A stretch of 64,000 bases of DNA from Yuukianura sp. NJ FZ-2021 (taxonomy: Eukaryota): assembly GCA_046563655.1 (NCBI GenBank), contig CM102290.1:4774001-4838000 (forward strand), read 5' to 3'. Position 1 is the first letter of the stretch; every line of letters begins with the position of its first letter. The notes under the pieces are model-generated. The model was not told the DNA's origin. It saw only the letters and a list, made by a program, of their open reading frames with translations, and ran no database searches. A program made the position numbers and the translations under genes. This document shows positions 1-22,513 of this stretch, one piece after another.

Positions 1-218
1 GCAAATTGCAATGCAAATTGCGAATTGCTGCAAAAATGCCAACTTTTGTAAATTAACAGAAACAGTTTCATGCACACCGACTTGCATAAGATTCACTGAA
101 TACTAAAACTTTGCATCTTCCTTCCTTCTCTCCCTCAATAAACTACAAGGTCAAAACTTACATAAAATTATAAACTAAAATTACTGTAAATTCCCCGAAT
201 TCGGGTTTTTAGTCTTAC

Positions 219-322
219 TTGTTTTGCAAGTGGATCTCCTCCAGAACATTGCTCGTCTCCTTGTAGCTTCCATAGAAAGGACTCCCTTTCTTCTCAATCA
301 AATTCGTTTTCTCAGAATACAT
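219..322 (-). CDS. Probable first coding exon of a gene that continues beyond the left window edge (product unknown)
   Basis: On the minus strand, a ttttttccAG acceptor (~350) is followed by an ATG at 322 and an open frame MYSEKTNLIEKKGSPFYGSYKETSNVLEEIHLQN that ends at a GTAAGA donor (218). Confidence 0.45.
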
Positions 323-1322
323 TTTCAATTTCAATAGAAAATGACTGTTCTGGAAAAAACAGTTTCAGACACCGGAATTCAGGAATTCTTCTAGAAATCG
401 CTGAATAGTCCCGTGACGCTATGAAATTCGCACCCGAATTAAGGGAAACCAGTTGCACTAAGAGTAAAAAGATGAAAGTATACTAAAAACGTAGTCACGA
501 GATGCAAAATTCTGGAAGACGTAAGTACGACTACTAGGGAGGAACTGTCTGATGGGCGAGGATGACCAAGAGGGAGGAGACTAATGCTGTGCTTTTCTAA
601 ATTACAAAATACAGTATAGCTGAAAAATTGGTAGAACAAAAATTGTACTGATTTAAAATTCAAGTAGTTTGAGCATGACCCAATGACACGGGGTTGAGGC
701 AATGTAAATTGAGATGAAATAGGAACGTTGTGAATGATTCTAACTATGTCCCATGGGATGATATGTTTCAGTGCTAAACTATTGTTCTGCTCATGATTAC
801 TTATCGTTATCAGTACAAAACGACTTCAACCAAGTCAACAGTTTTTCATAAACAACATCCATACCTCCATCTACATTCTACAGTTATGCCAGAAACCCTA
901 TGATTTCAAGACACATATTTACTTTTGTGTATTGGATGAAGTACTACTATGTGTAGAAAAATAGTTCTGGAAGCAAAAGGAGAAATAGCAGAGATGAACA
1001 AGTAATTAGACTCAATTAAACAATTGATTTAAAACAGAATGACAATGAAAAACATTCATGTCGGTCCTGTGATCCGTCTAAATCAAAATGAAAATGGTTA
1101 AGAAAATAAGTGCTTAGTTTCAGTTGAGTATATTCTGCGTAGTAAGTAACTTTATGTATAATAAATTGATGGAGTTTCGGAACATATGCATAATACAAAT
1201 TCAGTATTTTTCGGAACACTTACCATAATTTTAGTACTAACATGAAATATGAAATTACATTGATAACAATATGAACCTCTGCACTCTGAATTAATTCATT
1301 TGATGAGAGTATGAGATTTGCA

Positions 1323-3890
1323 TTAGCGAGGCGCAGGCCAATGTGGTTGGTAGTAGTATGAAGACGGATAGTGCGGTGGCTGAGAACGAATAGCATACTG
1401 TCGTTGTCCTGACGATTGTGCACCAAGTGCGAATCGACTATCGGCATGTCTTCCTTGTTGCATTGCCAGTGCTGCAGCACTTGTCGACGGTTCCCCATGC
1501 GAGAGTGAGCGCTGAACTTGAACAGGAACCATGCTTCCAGAGTTACCTGCAATAGTGTGCAAAGTTAAATATTTCACTTTTCAGTTAAAAGTTTAACGAA
1601 CTTAAACCTAAGGCAACTACTCGGCGGCCATCGCTTATCTCAATCTCAATGGTTCGAACCTTAGTAGATTCGTATTTTAAAAAATTTTTAGTTTCTTTAA
1701 GTTAATTTCAGTTTCGTTAATTTTCGAGGTTAAAAAACATTTTACTTCCCCAACCTAATTTTTTTTTTCAATTTCTCGGTTTTCGAAATACGTAATCTCA
1801 ATTTCTTTAACTGAAACGGAAAAACTCCCACCCCTAAAAATATACATGACTGACCTGGAACTTCCTGTCCACGCAGATTCATGTGTTGCATAATAGTAGT
1901 TGCCGATTGGCTAGTTACTGGCGGGTGGATTGTCATAGCGTGCTGTTGGCTCTGCGCATATCCAAGAACTGGAAATTGACTGGCGTTTTCACCATGTGAG
2001 AGTGAGCGCTGGATTTGGCCATGACTCGGGTTTCTGGAGTTCCCTGGCTGTTCAAGTCCGCAGAGACTCGTGTTTTGCATATTATTAGGTACCGATTGGG
2101 TAGTAAATGGCTGGCGGATTGTCATCGCTTGCTGTTGGGTCTGGTGGTACCCATGACCGGAAATGGCTTGAGTTGAATGAACAGGGGTTTGGCAGTTGAG
2201 AAAATTACTGTTGAGATCCACGGAAGCTGAAGTGCCTGCGATTACTTGGACAGGCTCTTTGCTCTTATACTTTTTAAGTATTATGGATGGCTGCGGCTGA
2301 GTACTGTACCGGATGCCGTCAGGAACGCTGTGGTTCGTCTGATCTGCAGCTGGAGGCCTTGCAGGAACTCGAGCTTGCGACATTGAAGACAAAGTTGAGG
2401 ATGGGGCCAAGGCAGTAGTGCTTTGTGTAGTTATGGCAGGAACTGTTGTCGGCTCCTTAATCAATGTTGCTACTCCACCACTAGAAACTGAAACGATCCT
2501 GAGTTGGACTCCTGATGCAGGTACGGTAAGTACATTTGAAGTTGGAGTACGAGTTTCTGTCTGCAAGACTGATTCGGGTTCCGAAGTGACGATGCTGGGA
2601 GCGGCTGTGGTTGCTTTGGTTTTAAGGACTGCTAGTTGATGTCTGAATTCTTTTACTCCAAAATATTCATCATCAATAACTGCATGGGTATGTTGAGCAG
2701 TGGTGATAGTGTTGACAAAGTCAATAGCGTCAGTATAGACTTTCAAGCGCTCAGGACCAATGCTCCGGCAGTAGTTCAGGGGAAAAGTAGACGTGCCCCA
2801 ATTTGTGCAGTATTGCAGAATGCGTCCAATTCGATGCTTGATCAAACCCAACGTTGTCTTCCATTCAGCTTCAATTTGGGGTTCGAGTTCAATGCAATTT
2901 ACTAGTTCTTCCATGTATTCCCCAGCAGTCTCGAAGTCTAGTGTGCGTTTTGGATGAAGCTCAACAAGCGTCAACCCCGCTTGTGCAACTCGCTGGGACA
3001 AATTGAGCAACCTTTCCTTAAGGCTGTCAACTACAGCCATCGTCTTATCCAATTGTTTCTTCAGTTCATCAGCATCTTTAGCATTGCTGGTTGGTTGAAT
3101 CCTAGCAATGGCGTCCGCGAAGAGGGTCATCGAGTCCACACGAACTGTCTCGAGTTGTGTCCACAGATGAAGAGTTTCTTCATCTGGTTCTTCAACTTCG
3201 AAGATGTCTGTCCTTATCCGAATACTTCCCCGTTTACGTTTCTTCAAGAAGTGATTAAAGCTGTCCAAGTGCCGACCACAAAGTTCCACCACCTCATGCT
3301 CCTGTGATTCACCTTCACCGGCGTTACCTACAGTAAATACAATCGTAGTGTGAAAGAAGTTGGTAGATGAGATGGATTACTTATGTTAATGGGTTATGTA
3401 GACGACTAGCAAATGAAGTTATGGCTCTTATGAGAGTATGACAAAACGGAAATAAGAAAGGGGAACTACCCAGTGGATGACATGGATGGTAGCAGAATGT
3501 CCACTTAAGCGTAAGTTTCTACTGTAAGTTAAGTTGTATGCCGAAAAGGGAACATTGATGACACTTTGGTCATTTCTCTTTGTTTACCTACTAGGTACAT
3601 AATTACTACTTTAAGTAGTAACAGTGAATCATACTACGTAGGTAGCATTTCATGGTTAATCGTTTATCAAGGACGGAAACTACCCATAATGTGCAAAAGA
3701 TTGTGTGTGCCATGTCTCCATCCTTCACATTAATCTGCTGCGACTTTTAAAATGTAACACAAACTTAAATTGTACCTGAGGAACTACAGTGAGCAACCGA
3801 AGTATCTCTGGATCCTCCAGTTGACGTTGAATTTCTTGTTCCCTGGTTATCAGTGCACCGCCGCTTGTGAGACCGTTTTTCACTCATCAT
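1323..3890 (-). CDS. Uncharacterised ~603-aa protein: helical N-terminal half, Ser/Thr/Gln/Pro-rich C-terminal half with an internal duplication; 3 coding exons
   Basis: Built on the 516-aa ORF 1742-3292. Phase-consistent GT-AG model: 3890-3776, 3327-1855 and 1546-1323 (1812 nt). An upstream exon (~4054-4139) would put a stop in frame if spliced on, so it is probably UTR. No family recognised. Confidence 0.7.
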
Positions 3891-4447
3891 TGATGAATTC
3901 CTTTGTATCTTCCTGGTGTTACTAAAAAAACAAAGAGCAAACTTAAACGTGTGACAGGATGTATTAATTGCTTTGTATCGTTGTCATTGACCTAATCTAA
4001 CGCGCAAAATCGAGCAAACTAGTATAAATACCTTGAGGGAAGGAAGGACTTACCGAATCGGATGATTCTTCCTTCATGCGATTCTTCCTCGCCTAATCAA
4101 CACTTGGTGTGTATATGTCCGAAATCCAGGTATCCAAGTCTAAAAAATCAGATGAGATTATTAACGTTCTTCGGGAATCTCAGATACAAATGTGAAGAGC
4201 GACCAACACTGAGCTGATTTAATATAACCGTTACCTTAATTTTCAGTGAAAAAAAAAAACTCCGTTTCCGATGTTTCAACGAAATGTCACTTACTCAAAT
4301 AGGCTTAGATGACTTCCTTGTTTCGTGGAAATCGTTTAAGTAACTCGTTGCAGTTAATCCAGTGCAGAAAATTGGCAGAAACAATTGATAACTGAACCGA
4401 CTGACTCCCCGTTCTTTAGTTTTAGCACTCTTTTGCTCCTAAATTTT

Positions 4448-4660
4448 GGTTGAAGTAAACTTTGAGGCAGTCCGTTGTACCCCCCCATTATAATCCGTGG
4501 CGGCAATTTCAAAAAAACAACAAATCGCCCCCTCTATTGTTGGTTAGGTTAGGTTAACATAACCTAACTAAGGACGGGGGGTACAGTTCATAAATCTATG
4601 GGGGTACAATACAATGCAATTTGGGGGCTACAACGGACTGCCTCAAAGTTTACTTCGACC
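4448..4660. mobile_element. Non-autonomous DNA transposon (MITE), ~213 bp, with ~32-bp TIRs and an 8-bp TSD
   Basis: Left end GGTTGAAGTAAACTTTGAGGCAGTCCGTTGTA; reverse complement of the right end GGTCGAAGTAAACTTTGAGGCAGTCCGTTGTA (1 mismatch). TAAATTTT flanks both sides (4440-4447 and 4661-4668). Internal GGTTAGGTTAGGTT...AACCTAAC. Confidence 0.85.
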
Positions 4661-4789
4661 TAAATTTTTGCAAACGACCGATACAAACGAACTATCAGGC
4701 GACGTAGGGATAAATTGCACATATTGTAATCATAGGCGTTGAAATGTAAGAAGTGTTAGTCGTGGTAACTTCACCTCGCTTTAAGTATT

Positions 4790-4897
4790 AGATATATTTA
4801 TTTATTTTATTTATTTCTTATATATTTATTTATACATTTTATTATTTATAATATTTTATTTTTATTTATTTATAACTTAACCATATTTATATATTTT
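4790..4897. repeat. AT-rich low-complexity tract (TTTA/TATA-like)
   Basis: Almost pure A/T sequence made of degenerate (TTTAT)n units. Confidence 0.8.
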
Positions 4898-5066
4898 ACG
4901 CACTTAGTGGTTGCGAGAAAAGTGGTTAGTACAATTGTTTAATGAACTTCTCGAAGGGTAACTTAAGGCTGTCTTAGCCTAACCATAAGTCAACTAAACC
5001 TAACTTTCGCTCCGAAGATTGAGGGAATGAGTTCAGACTGCTTTTGATGTTATAACCACCGGATTG

Positions 5067-5215
5067 TACCTACAGGCGCATTTGATTTGGGAACAGAAAC
5101 CATTTAAGGGACCGAAGAGGCCCTTGCCTTTTTCTTTATGAAACTACATGAAGAACCAACAAGAAGAGCTGTAGTGCGAGGGTTTCTGTTCCCAAAACAA
5201 ATGCGATTTTAGGTA
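5067..5215. repeat. Inverted repeat or decayed MITE with ~35-bp arms
   Basis: TACCTACAGGCGCATTTGATTTGGGAACAGAAACC (5067-5101) pairs with 5181-5215, whose reverse complement is TACCTAAAATCGCATTTGTTTTGGGAACAGAAACC. Confidence 0.7.
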
Positions 5216-5729
5216 GGTCATCACTGCTAGCACTCATTGTATTCACTAATTCACTGCGACTGCTTGCTGCAATTTGTGTTTTGCCTGAACCCGTGTACAA
5301 AAAACCTCACCCCAGCCACTCCGTGGTTTCACGATGCTAACTTATCCGTACCTCAACCACAACAAAGGAACTACAGCTGATAGTTGCGGGAACTGGGAAA
5401 GGGGTCTTTCAAAAGTACGAAACCGAGTGAGACAAGCGTTTCGAATTGTAAAACAATAATAACGTCATTTTTAATAAGCTTATTATAAGTGAAGTTTATT
5501 TAATAAATTAAGATTTCATTACGTATTACGTACTTATATTACTAAACTTACAAATAATTAGCTTAATTCCATTGAAATAGAATACATTCGATGTTCTCAA
5601 CGCTTTCGATGATCTAAAAAGTATAGTGTAGGAATTTTTCCTACGAGAATTTGCACTGGCAGAAATAAATAAACTTCCTTCGAAATAGTAATACGTTGAA
5701 GTTTGACCTTGAGCTCATTGGTAGCAATG

Positions 5730-8700
5730 TCAATCTGGCATAGCCTTTCCTTTGGTTTCAATTGGCAACATCATTGAGAGTACTGCAGCAATTATGGCTG
5801 CAATTCCGTAGCAAGCGGCTGCGAGTGGCCTTGAACTTTGTGAAAGCACCTGAAATTTAGTATTTTTTAATTAATCAGTTCGTTTAAAAAAAGGATTTCA
5901 GCTTTAGAGGTCATATAAAAATTTTTGAAAAGAATGTTTCATTTCATTTCCATAGTTTTAGAGCGCTTCGACACTGAAAGAGAAAGTGAAGTTGAGTGAA
6001 AGTTGTACCTGTGCTATGTATGGAGTGAGCATGGCACCAATCCTGGCCATACTAGAGCAAGTACCAATTCCAATGGCTCTCATTGATGTGGGGTAAACCT
6101 GAACAGGGTCAAAGGTCAATAGGTCAATTTTTAACTTATAACAATATTTTAACAATAATAAGCCAGACATACCTCCGGAGTGTAAACATAAGCAGCTTGA
6201 AAAACGCCTGAAACTATTCCTCTGGATAAAAATAATATCACAGTAGTAAGAATTCTCCTGAAAAGTAGAAAAAGGGCGTTGAAATTTTGTGTACTTTCAA
6301 AAACTAATTTTTAAATTTCAAAAACGCTTACCCTTCAATGTTAAACAAAAATGCAGAAATAGTTATAGCAAACAACAGAAACTGTACTCCCATCGTCTTC
6401 TTCCTACCGATTCTATCCAGGACAAAAATTGTTGCCAAGATTCCTAAATTTCAGAAATCAGTTATTCTTCAAACTTAATTTTGTTTTTGGTTTTTTATTT
6501 CTGTTCATGAAATATTTTTGAACCTGGAAATTCCGCCAATGTAATCCAGAGGAGAGCTACGTAATCTTGTGGCGTTAGAACATGGCAAGTTGATCTATTA
6601 GGATTACACGTTCCATTGGTAAATCCATTTTCATCGGATACTGGAAGTGTCGGTATCAATGTTGAAGTAACGTTGCTGACAACTGAATGTGTTTGGTTGG
6701 CGGCACTTCGTTGAACAGCTAACATAGCATCCTTGGCATCATTTTGTTCAAAAATTTCAGTCGACAGGAATACAACTCCATAGTAGCAGAAAGCACAAGC
6801 CATCCTGAAAGAGTCAACTTAATTCTTTTGGATGCTATATTTTAATTGTTATTATTATTATTTCTAGATTAAAGTTTATACCAGATGAACCAGAGTAGAA
6901 AAGTGGTTCTACGGATTTCTGGGCGAACAAGATCAGTGAACCGGCCGCGTTCCGTTGGATGCATGTCATCCACAATGAGGCGTCCAAGCAGCATTGGCCG
7001 CTTGTTGTCTTCTGCAATTCTGTCAAGCGTTTCCATTGCCTTTTCTGTTTGACCACTCACGGCCAGGAATCTAACACTTTCTGGAAGCCACTGTTTAAAC
7101 CAAAAGTTTTAAAAAAAATTCGCATGATGGATTTTTAATAAAAACTGAAATGGGTATTACGCACGTAGCACATGAAGAAGAAAAAGAAAATCGGCACGGA
7201 TGACAAGCCAATGAACCACTTCCAGCCTAGTGTTGGCATCACCAGTAACGCCAATACCACTTCCAGACAGGCTCCAAGGGCCCAAAAACACTAACAAAGT
7301 CATAATTAGTTCAAATGTTTACCTACATAAAAAGTTGTTAATTAGTCTAGAAAAAAACTGCAATGGCATAGCATCTTACGTCCAGCAAAACGACACAACG
7401 AGCTCTTTGCTTACTCGGCAGAAATTCGGCGTACAGAGTAACACTGAAAAGAGAAAGTTCTTGATGTTGAGAACCGTATTTTTTTTTCTTCAATTTTGTT
7501 GTCAAAGTTTTGAGCTCACGACTGTGGGACACATCCAATTGCAAATCCAACTAGAAATCGAAAGAATAGGAGCCAGTAGTAGTCAGGCGAAGATGCACTG
7601 ATGGCTCCGTAAAAAAACAAAAGTCCAACAGAAGCCCAAAGTGCTTTACGTCGTCCATATCGATCACTTAAGTTTCCCCAAAATGGTGAACTGATCATCA
7701 TTCCAAGAAATACTGTCTATATGCAATATTTTGAATTTTCAAAATTTTAATTCATTAAAGTTCGTATCCAAAATGTATGAAATGGAAGAGTTACATTTGT
7801 GAGAATTGCCTGTTGACACTTTGTGATGCAAAGGTCACAGTGGAGAGCTGGTGCAATGATGCTCAGAATCATCATTTCCATGCTGTCTGTCATCCAACAT
7901 AGGCCCGTCAGAAGAGACAAGACGATTTGAAATTTACCAAAACCCAGGGCATCAATTGCATGTGAAACGCTGAATGTATCTAATAAAAAAATGAATGTGA
8001 AAAATTAAAAATTGAGCTTCAGAAACAAAATTAGAAGGAAAAATTTTGAAAAGAAAACTATATACTTAAGAAGTTCAGAGGCGAAAAGTTCTATGTCAAA
8101 ATGTAAGAAATCCACAATTATTTTTTTTTTTGGTAACATGACTAGTTTTTGCCTGCGTTTAACCCAATTTCATATAACTTGTTTAGACTTTTCATATTTA
8201 ATGTAATTTCAGGTTTCACATTTTTAATTCATATGTGTCAACTTTTTGAACCTGGAGCAACGATGCAGTGGAGTTAAAGTATTAGGAAACAATTTCATTA
8301 TTTCTCAAACGTGTTTAATTAATATTAATAAAGCCTTGCAAATATATTATTTTTTCATATTCATCATGAGCTGACCTCTGGGTCATGCACTGTTACTTTG
8401 CAAAATGGAGTTGACCTGATCTGTATTGCCAAAACTGTCCTTATGATGAACATTGCCGTTTGGTCTAGTGGCCATACTAAATTCATATAGTGCAAAAATA
8501 CTACAGCAGAGATGCGTCCAACCACGGCATTTTTTTTAAATTCTTGGTACAATGAAATCCTGAGTGAGAGTGTTCGTAGTATGAAGTATGAATAGAGATG
8601 TGGTTTTGGTGACCTACCATCCGGAACAACGCCTGACACTGCTGCTGTCAATTCAAGCTGAGCCCCAAATTCACGCACTTTGAACGACTTGTGTGACGAA

Positions 8701-8972
8701 GTCGTGTCATAGTTGAACCCACTGTGGGACAGCCGAGACAGACTCGTGTCACGGCCACTTTTCTTGGTCACCAAATTGTTGTTGACACTTCGTGTGCTGT
8801 CGCTGCCCAGCGACGGATGATCGGTTGGACTCGGACTGTCGTCGGCTGGACTCAAGCGATTCGTCCCGTGCATGGGTTCTACTCGGTCTGGATTATTTAG
8901 ACCGTCCATGACCTCGTACTTGCCAGCCACACTTTTTACGGGTCTTCCAAACTTTTTCCCCATTTTGTCCAT
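5730..8972 (-). CDS. SVOP: Synaptic vesicle 2-related protein (MFS/SLC22B transporter), ~11 coding exons
   Basis: Exon peptides match SVOP hallmarks: [114 protein letters not shown] and [15 protein letters not shown] at 8972 (alternatively 8963); stop at 5730-5732. Confidence 0.92.
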
Positions 8973-11727
8973 TTGAAGGAAATTCACACCAGGATTTCAA
9001 ACCTACAATCCACCAACACCAAAACAGTAGAGACAAAGAGTCAAAGACGAATTTCTATCTTTTTTCTGTTCAAAAAAAGTTTCAAACCACTTTCACTTCA
9101 CTATGCTACTCCGGTTAGCTCAACATTGAATTGGAATTTGTTAAAATGGTGGGGAACCACCTTTTCAAAAATTCTAAATTCTAAAACCGTGCAATTTTTC
9201 AAATGAAACCCTCACTTTGACTCTTATCTCCTCCAACGTCGAAAAACTTTCTAAAAGTTCGAAAGTACATAACGAAGCGGTATCTCTTCACATGTGGAAT
9301 TTAGAACCTATTGTTATTCTAATGACAACTTGTGTATTTTACAACATTTAAAAGTCTACAGCGTGTTGTTGCTTTTGAACAATTGAACTTTCTCTACATG
9401 AACTTTTTGTGTTCTCCTGAACTCTGTGACCTCACAGTAGCCGTTTGACCTCTGCGGTGACCAAACTTGTGCCCACTTTGGCGTAACTTGTTCCCTGGGA
9501 ATGAGGCAGTTGAAGACTAAAATGGAATCTGAATGTGTGGTTTAAGCCTATCCTAAATCCTACATAGGGATTATTACCATTCAACAAAAGAGGGAAGTAA
9601 GCGTCAGGGAAGTGAATTGAGTCTGGGCATTAACTGCATACCTAAAGTAAAGTTTGTAGTGGGGGATGGATGTTTCAAAGATTCAAAGATCATCCCTCTC
9701 CCCCACTGTAGGAATTCAACAGGTGAATTTTATAACACTTAACAAACGGGAAAATGTAAGAGCTTAAGAGCCCATTGTGTTGGATCCAATCTCGTCTTGT
9801 TACAACCGCTTTGTCTTTGTACAGTCTGCATTGGGTCTGCAACATTTAGCATTTTAGAACTCGATGTAGCATAGGTTGAACAGTGTTTTACACCTAGTGC
9901 AAGTAGAAAGGAGGACAACCCGCAAACATAACAATGAGTGATTTGTCTATTGTTGTTCTGTGATGGGGATACGGGATAGTTAGTTTTGGAGGGTGATGAT
10001 GAATGCGACAGAGGTCCAAAATGCAGAACTTTAGTCGTAACTGTTCTCGGCCAATCAAATGGATTGTTGAATCAAAATCAAAATTCTTCGTAATTTAATA
10101 CTATGTTTTATGACTTTAGGGTTCTAAAATAATTTCAGGATCTGACAGTATGCCTTTTATCGTAAAATTGGATCATATCTCTAGACAGAAAAGAATTGTC
10201 CAGCGACAAGAATAAATTGAGTTTCTTCAGTAGTTACTTCACCCTGTCACGTTGTGCCTATTATCAAAAATTGCTATTGGAAAATTTGTCGAAAACTGTT
10301 ATTCTGATTTTTTTTAAATCTACCAGTTAGGTGGAATGAAAAAGAAAACGAAGGTGTTCCAAAAAATCAATCTTGATTTCAAACGTTTTTGAGCAGAAAA
10401 CAATCGTTTGGCGTTTTAAGCTCAGGTAGGATTTTAAAGCTGATTTTTTTATTCGTCCAAAATCGTTTCAGGTTTATTTTTTGACGCAGAAACCATACTA
10501 AAAGCAAAAAACTGCATTCTTCCTTTCATTATTGTTTTTTATTAGAAGCGCCTATTTCAACTTTTTTCAATGTTTTTTTTTCCACAGTTGCAATGAAATT
10601 GACATTTGACATCTTTTGAACGGGTGTGAAGTCAAATCCAATAAACTTCGGTACAAGAAGAATACTTGTTGCCAGAGGTCGAAAGGTCATCATATAGTTT
10701 CATCAGTGTAAGGGCGACATGACGCTAAATGCAACTCTATTTTGCATAATTTCATTTCTGCACGCGGGAGGAGGACCTGAAGTTCAAAATTCACAACATT
10801 TTGAAGATTTGTAAGTTTTTGACACTCCAAACTGCCTCTTTTTAATGGTGTTGCTTTGTTGGATGTTACTGCAAACAAAAATATGATAAGTTTAATTAAT
10901 AACTTAATTACAGTTAACTTTCTAGAACTTGAAAAAGATCAACTGACTTACTAGTGATGTCGCTTGTATTTGTAATGCCCATCTATGCTACATGGGTGAA
11001 TGGAGGATCTGGTTAGTTTCATTGTTGAACTTCGCTGGAAAATAATGTCAAAACAAATGTCAGTTTTGGTTGAAGTACGGCATAATGTCCTAAGTATAAA
11101 ATTTGTAGCCAGTTTGCGGATACAACGAGTGGCAACACTAACCTGCTATTTATATTGCCATCATAACCAAGCTTGGTTAAGTTAAAGCGCTTGCAAATAT
11201 TATTACTTAGGTTTAGCCACCTGTTGTGGCTACGCAAGATTGTTATGCTACATGGCTACAATGACCAACTCGAATCCGTAGCCCAACCTCAGTTTCGGGT
11301 TCGTAATTTTTACATAAAAATAGAATGATTACGAAATCAAAACAATTTTGTCACCGAAAGTTAAAGTTCTTAAGTGTCATCGATTAAGATTGAATCTGTT
11401 TAAGACACATCAAAATACCTACAGTATTAGTTCCTTTGTCTTTGAGGAACAGAACGATCTCCAGAACGATGATTCTTCTACTAAGGGTAACTGAATTTAG
11501 AGTTCATGTCAATTTTTATGTTCATGTCAATGTCAAACTGATATTAGTGGTCAGTTATTGGAAATCGACAGTTAGTTGTTAAAGTTGACAGGTTGTATAA
11601 GAGTTTTAATCGTGTATCTTTTGTTCTCCTAAGGAGGGACATGCGGCTTGACACATGCAGCCAGTTGTTTCTACTTTGTCTACAAAGGAGTCATAAGGTT
11701 TCTAGTCATCTAGGAAACCTGTGGAAG

Positions 11728-22354
<10,627 letters not shown>

Positions 22355-22513
22355 GCAGTGGTTACCAGTACTAAAGCCATTCCTACCCTAAGTGTACAGT
22401 GATAAAAATACTACCGGTTTTTTTAACTTTCTAATAGTCATTTTCAAATGTCTGATTATTTACCAAAAATGCAACTTCTTGACTGTGGAGTCTGAAGTAT
22501 TTATTATATCAAT

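Noticed and set aside
2418..3307. Plus-strand ORFs of 73-117 aa
   Set aside because: Antisense shadows of the long minus-strand exon. The same applies to many listed ORFs opposite BLTP2, MED13, GOSR1 and GAS2-like exons.
4542..4568. TTAGG repeats as an interstitial telomere
   Set aside because: Only 2-3 units, lying inside a MITE.
10952..11140. Possible hAT-like MITE (TAGTGATGTCGC ... GTGGCAACACTA)
   Set aside because: Only 9/12 terminal matches and no 8-bp TSD; too weak to call.
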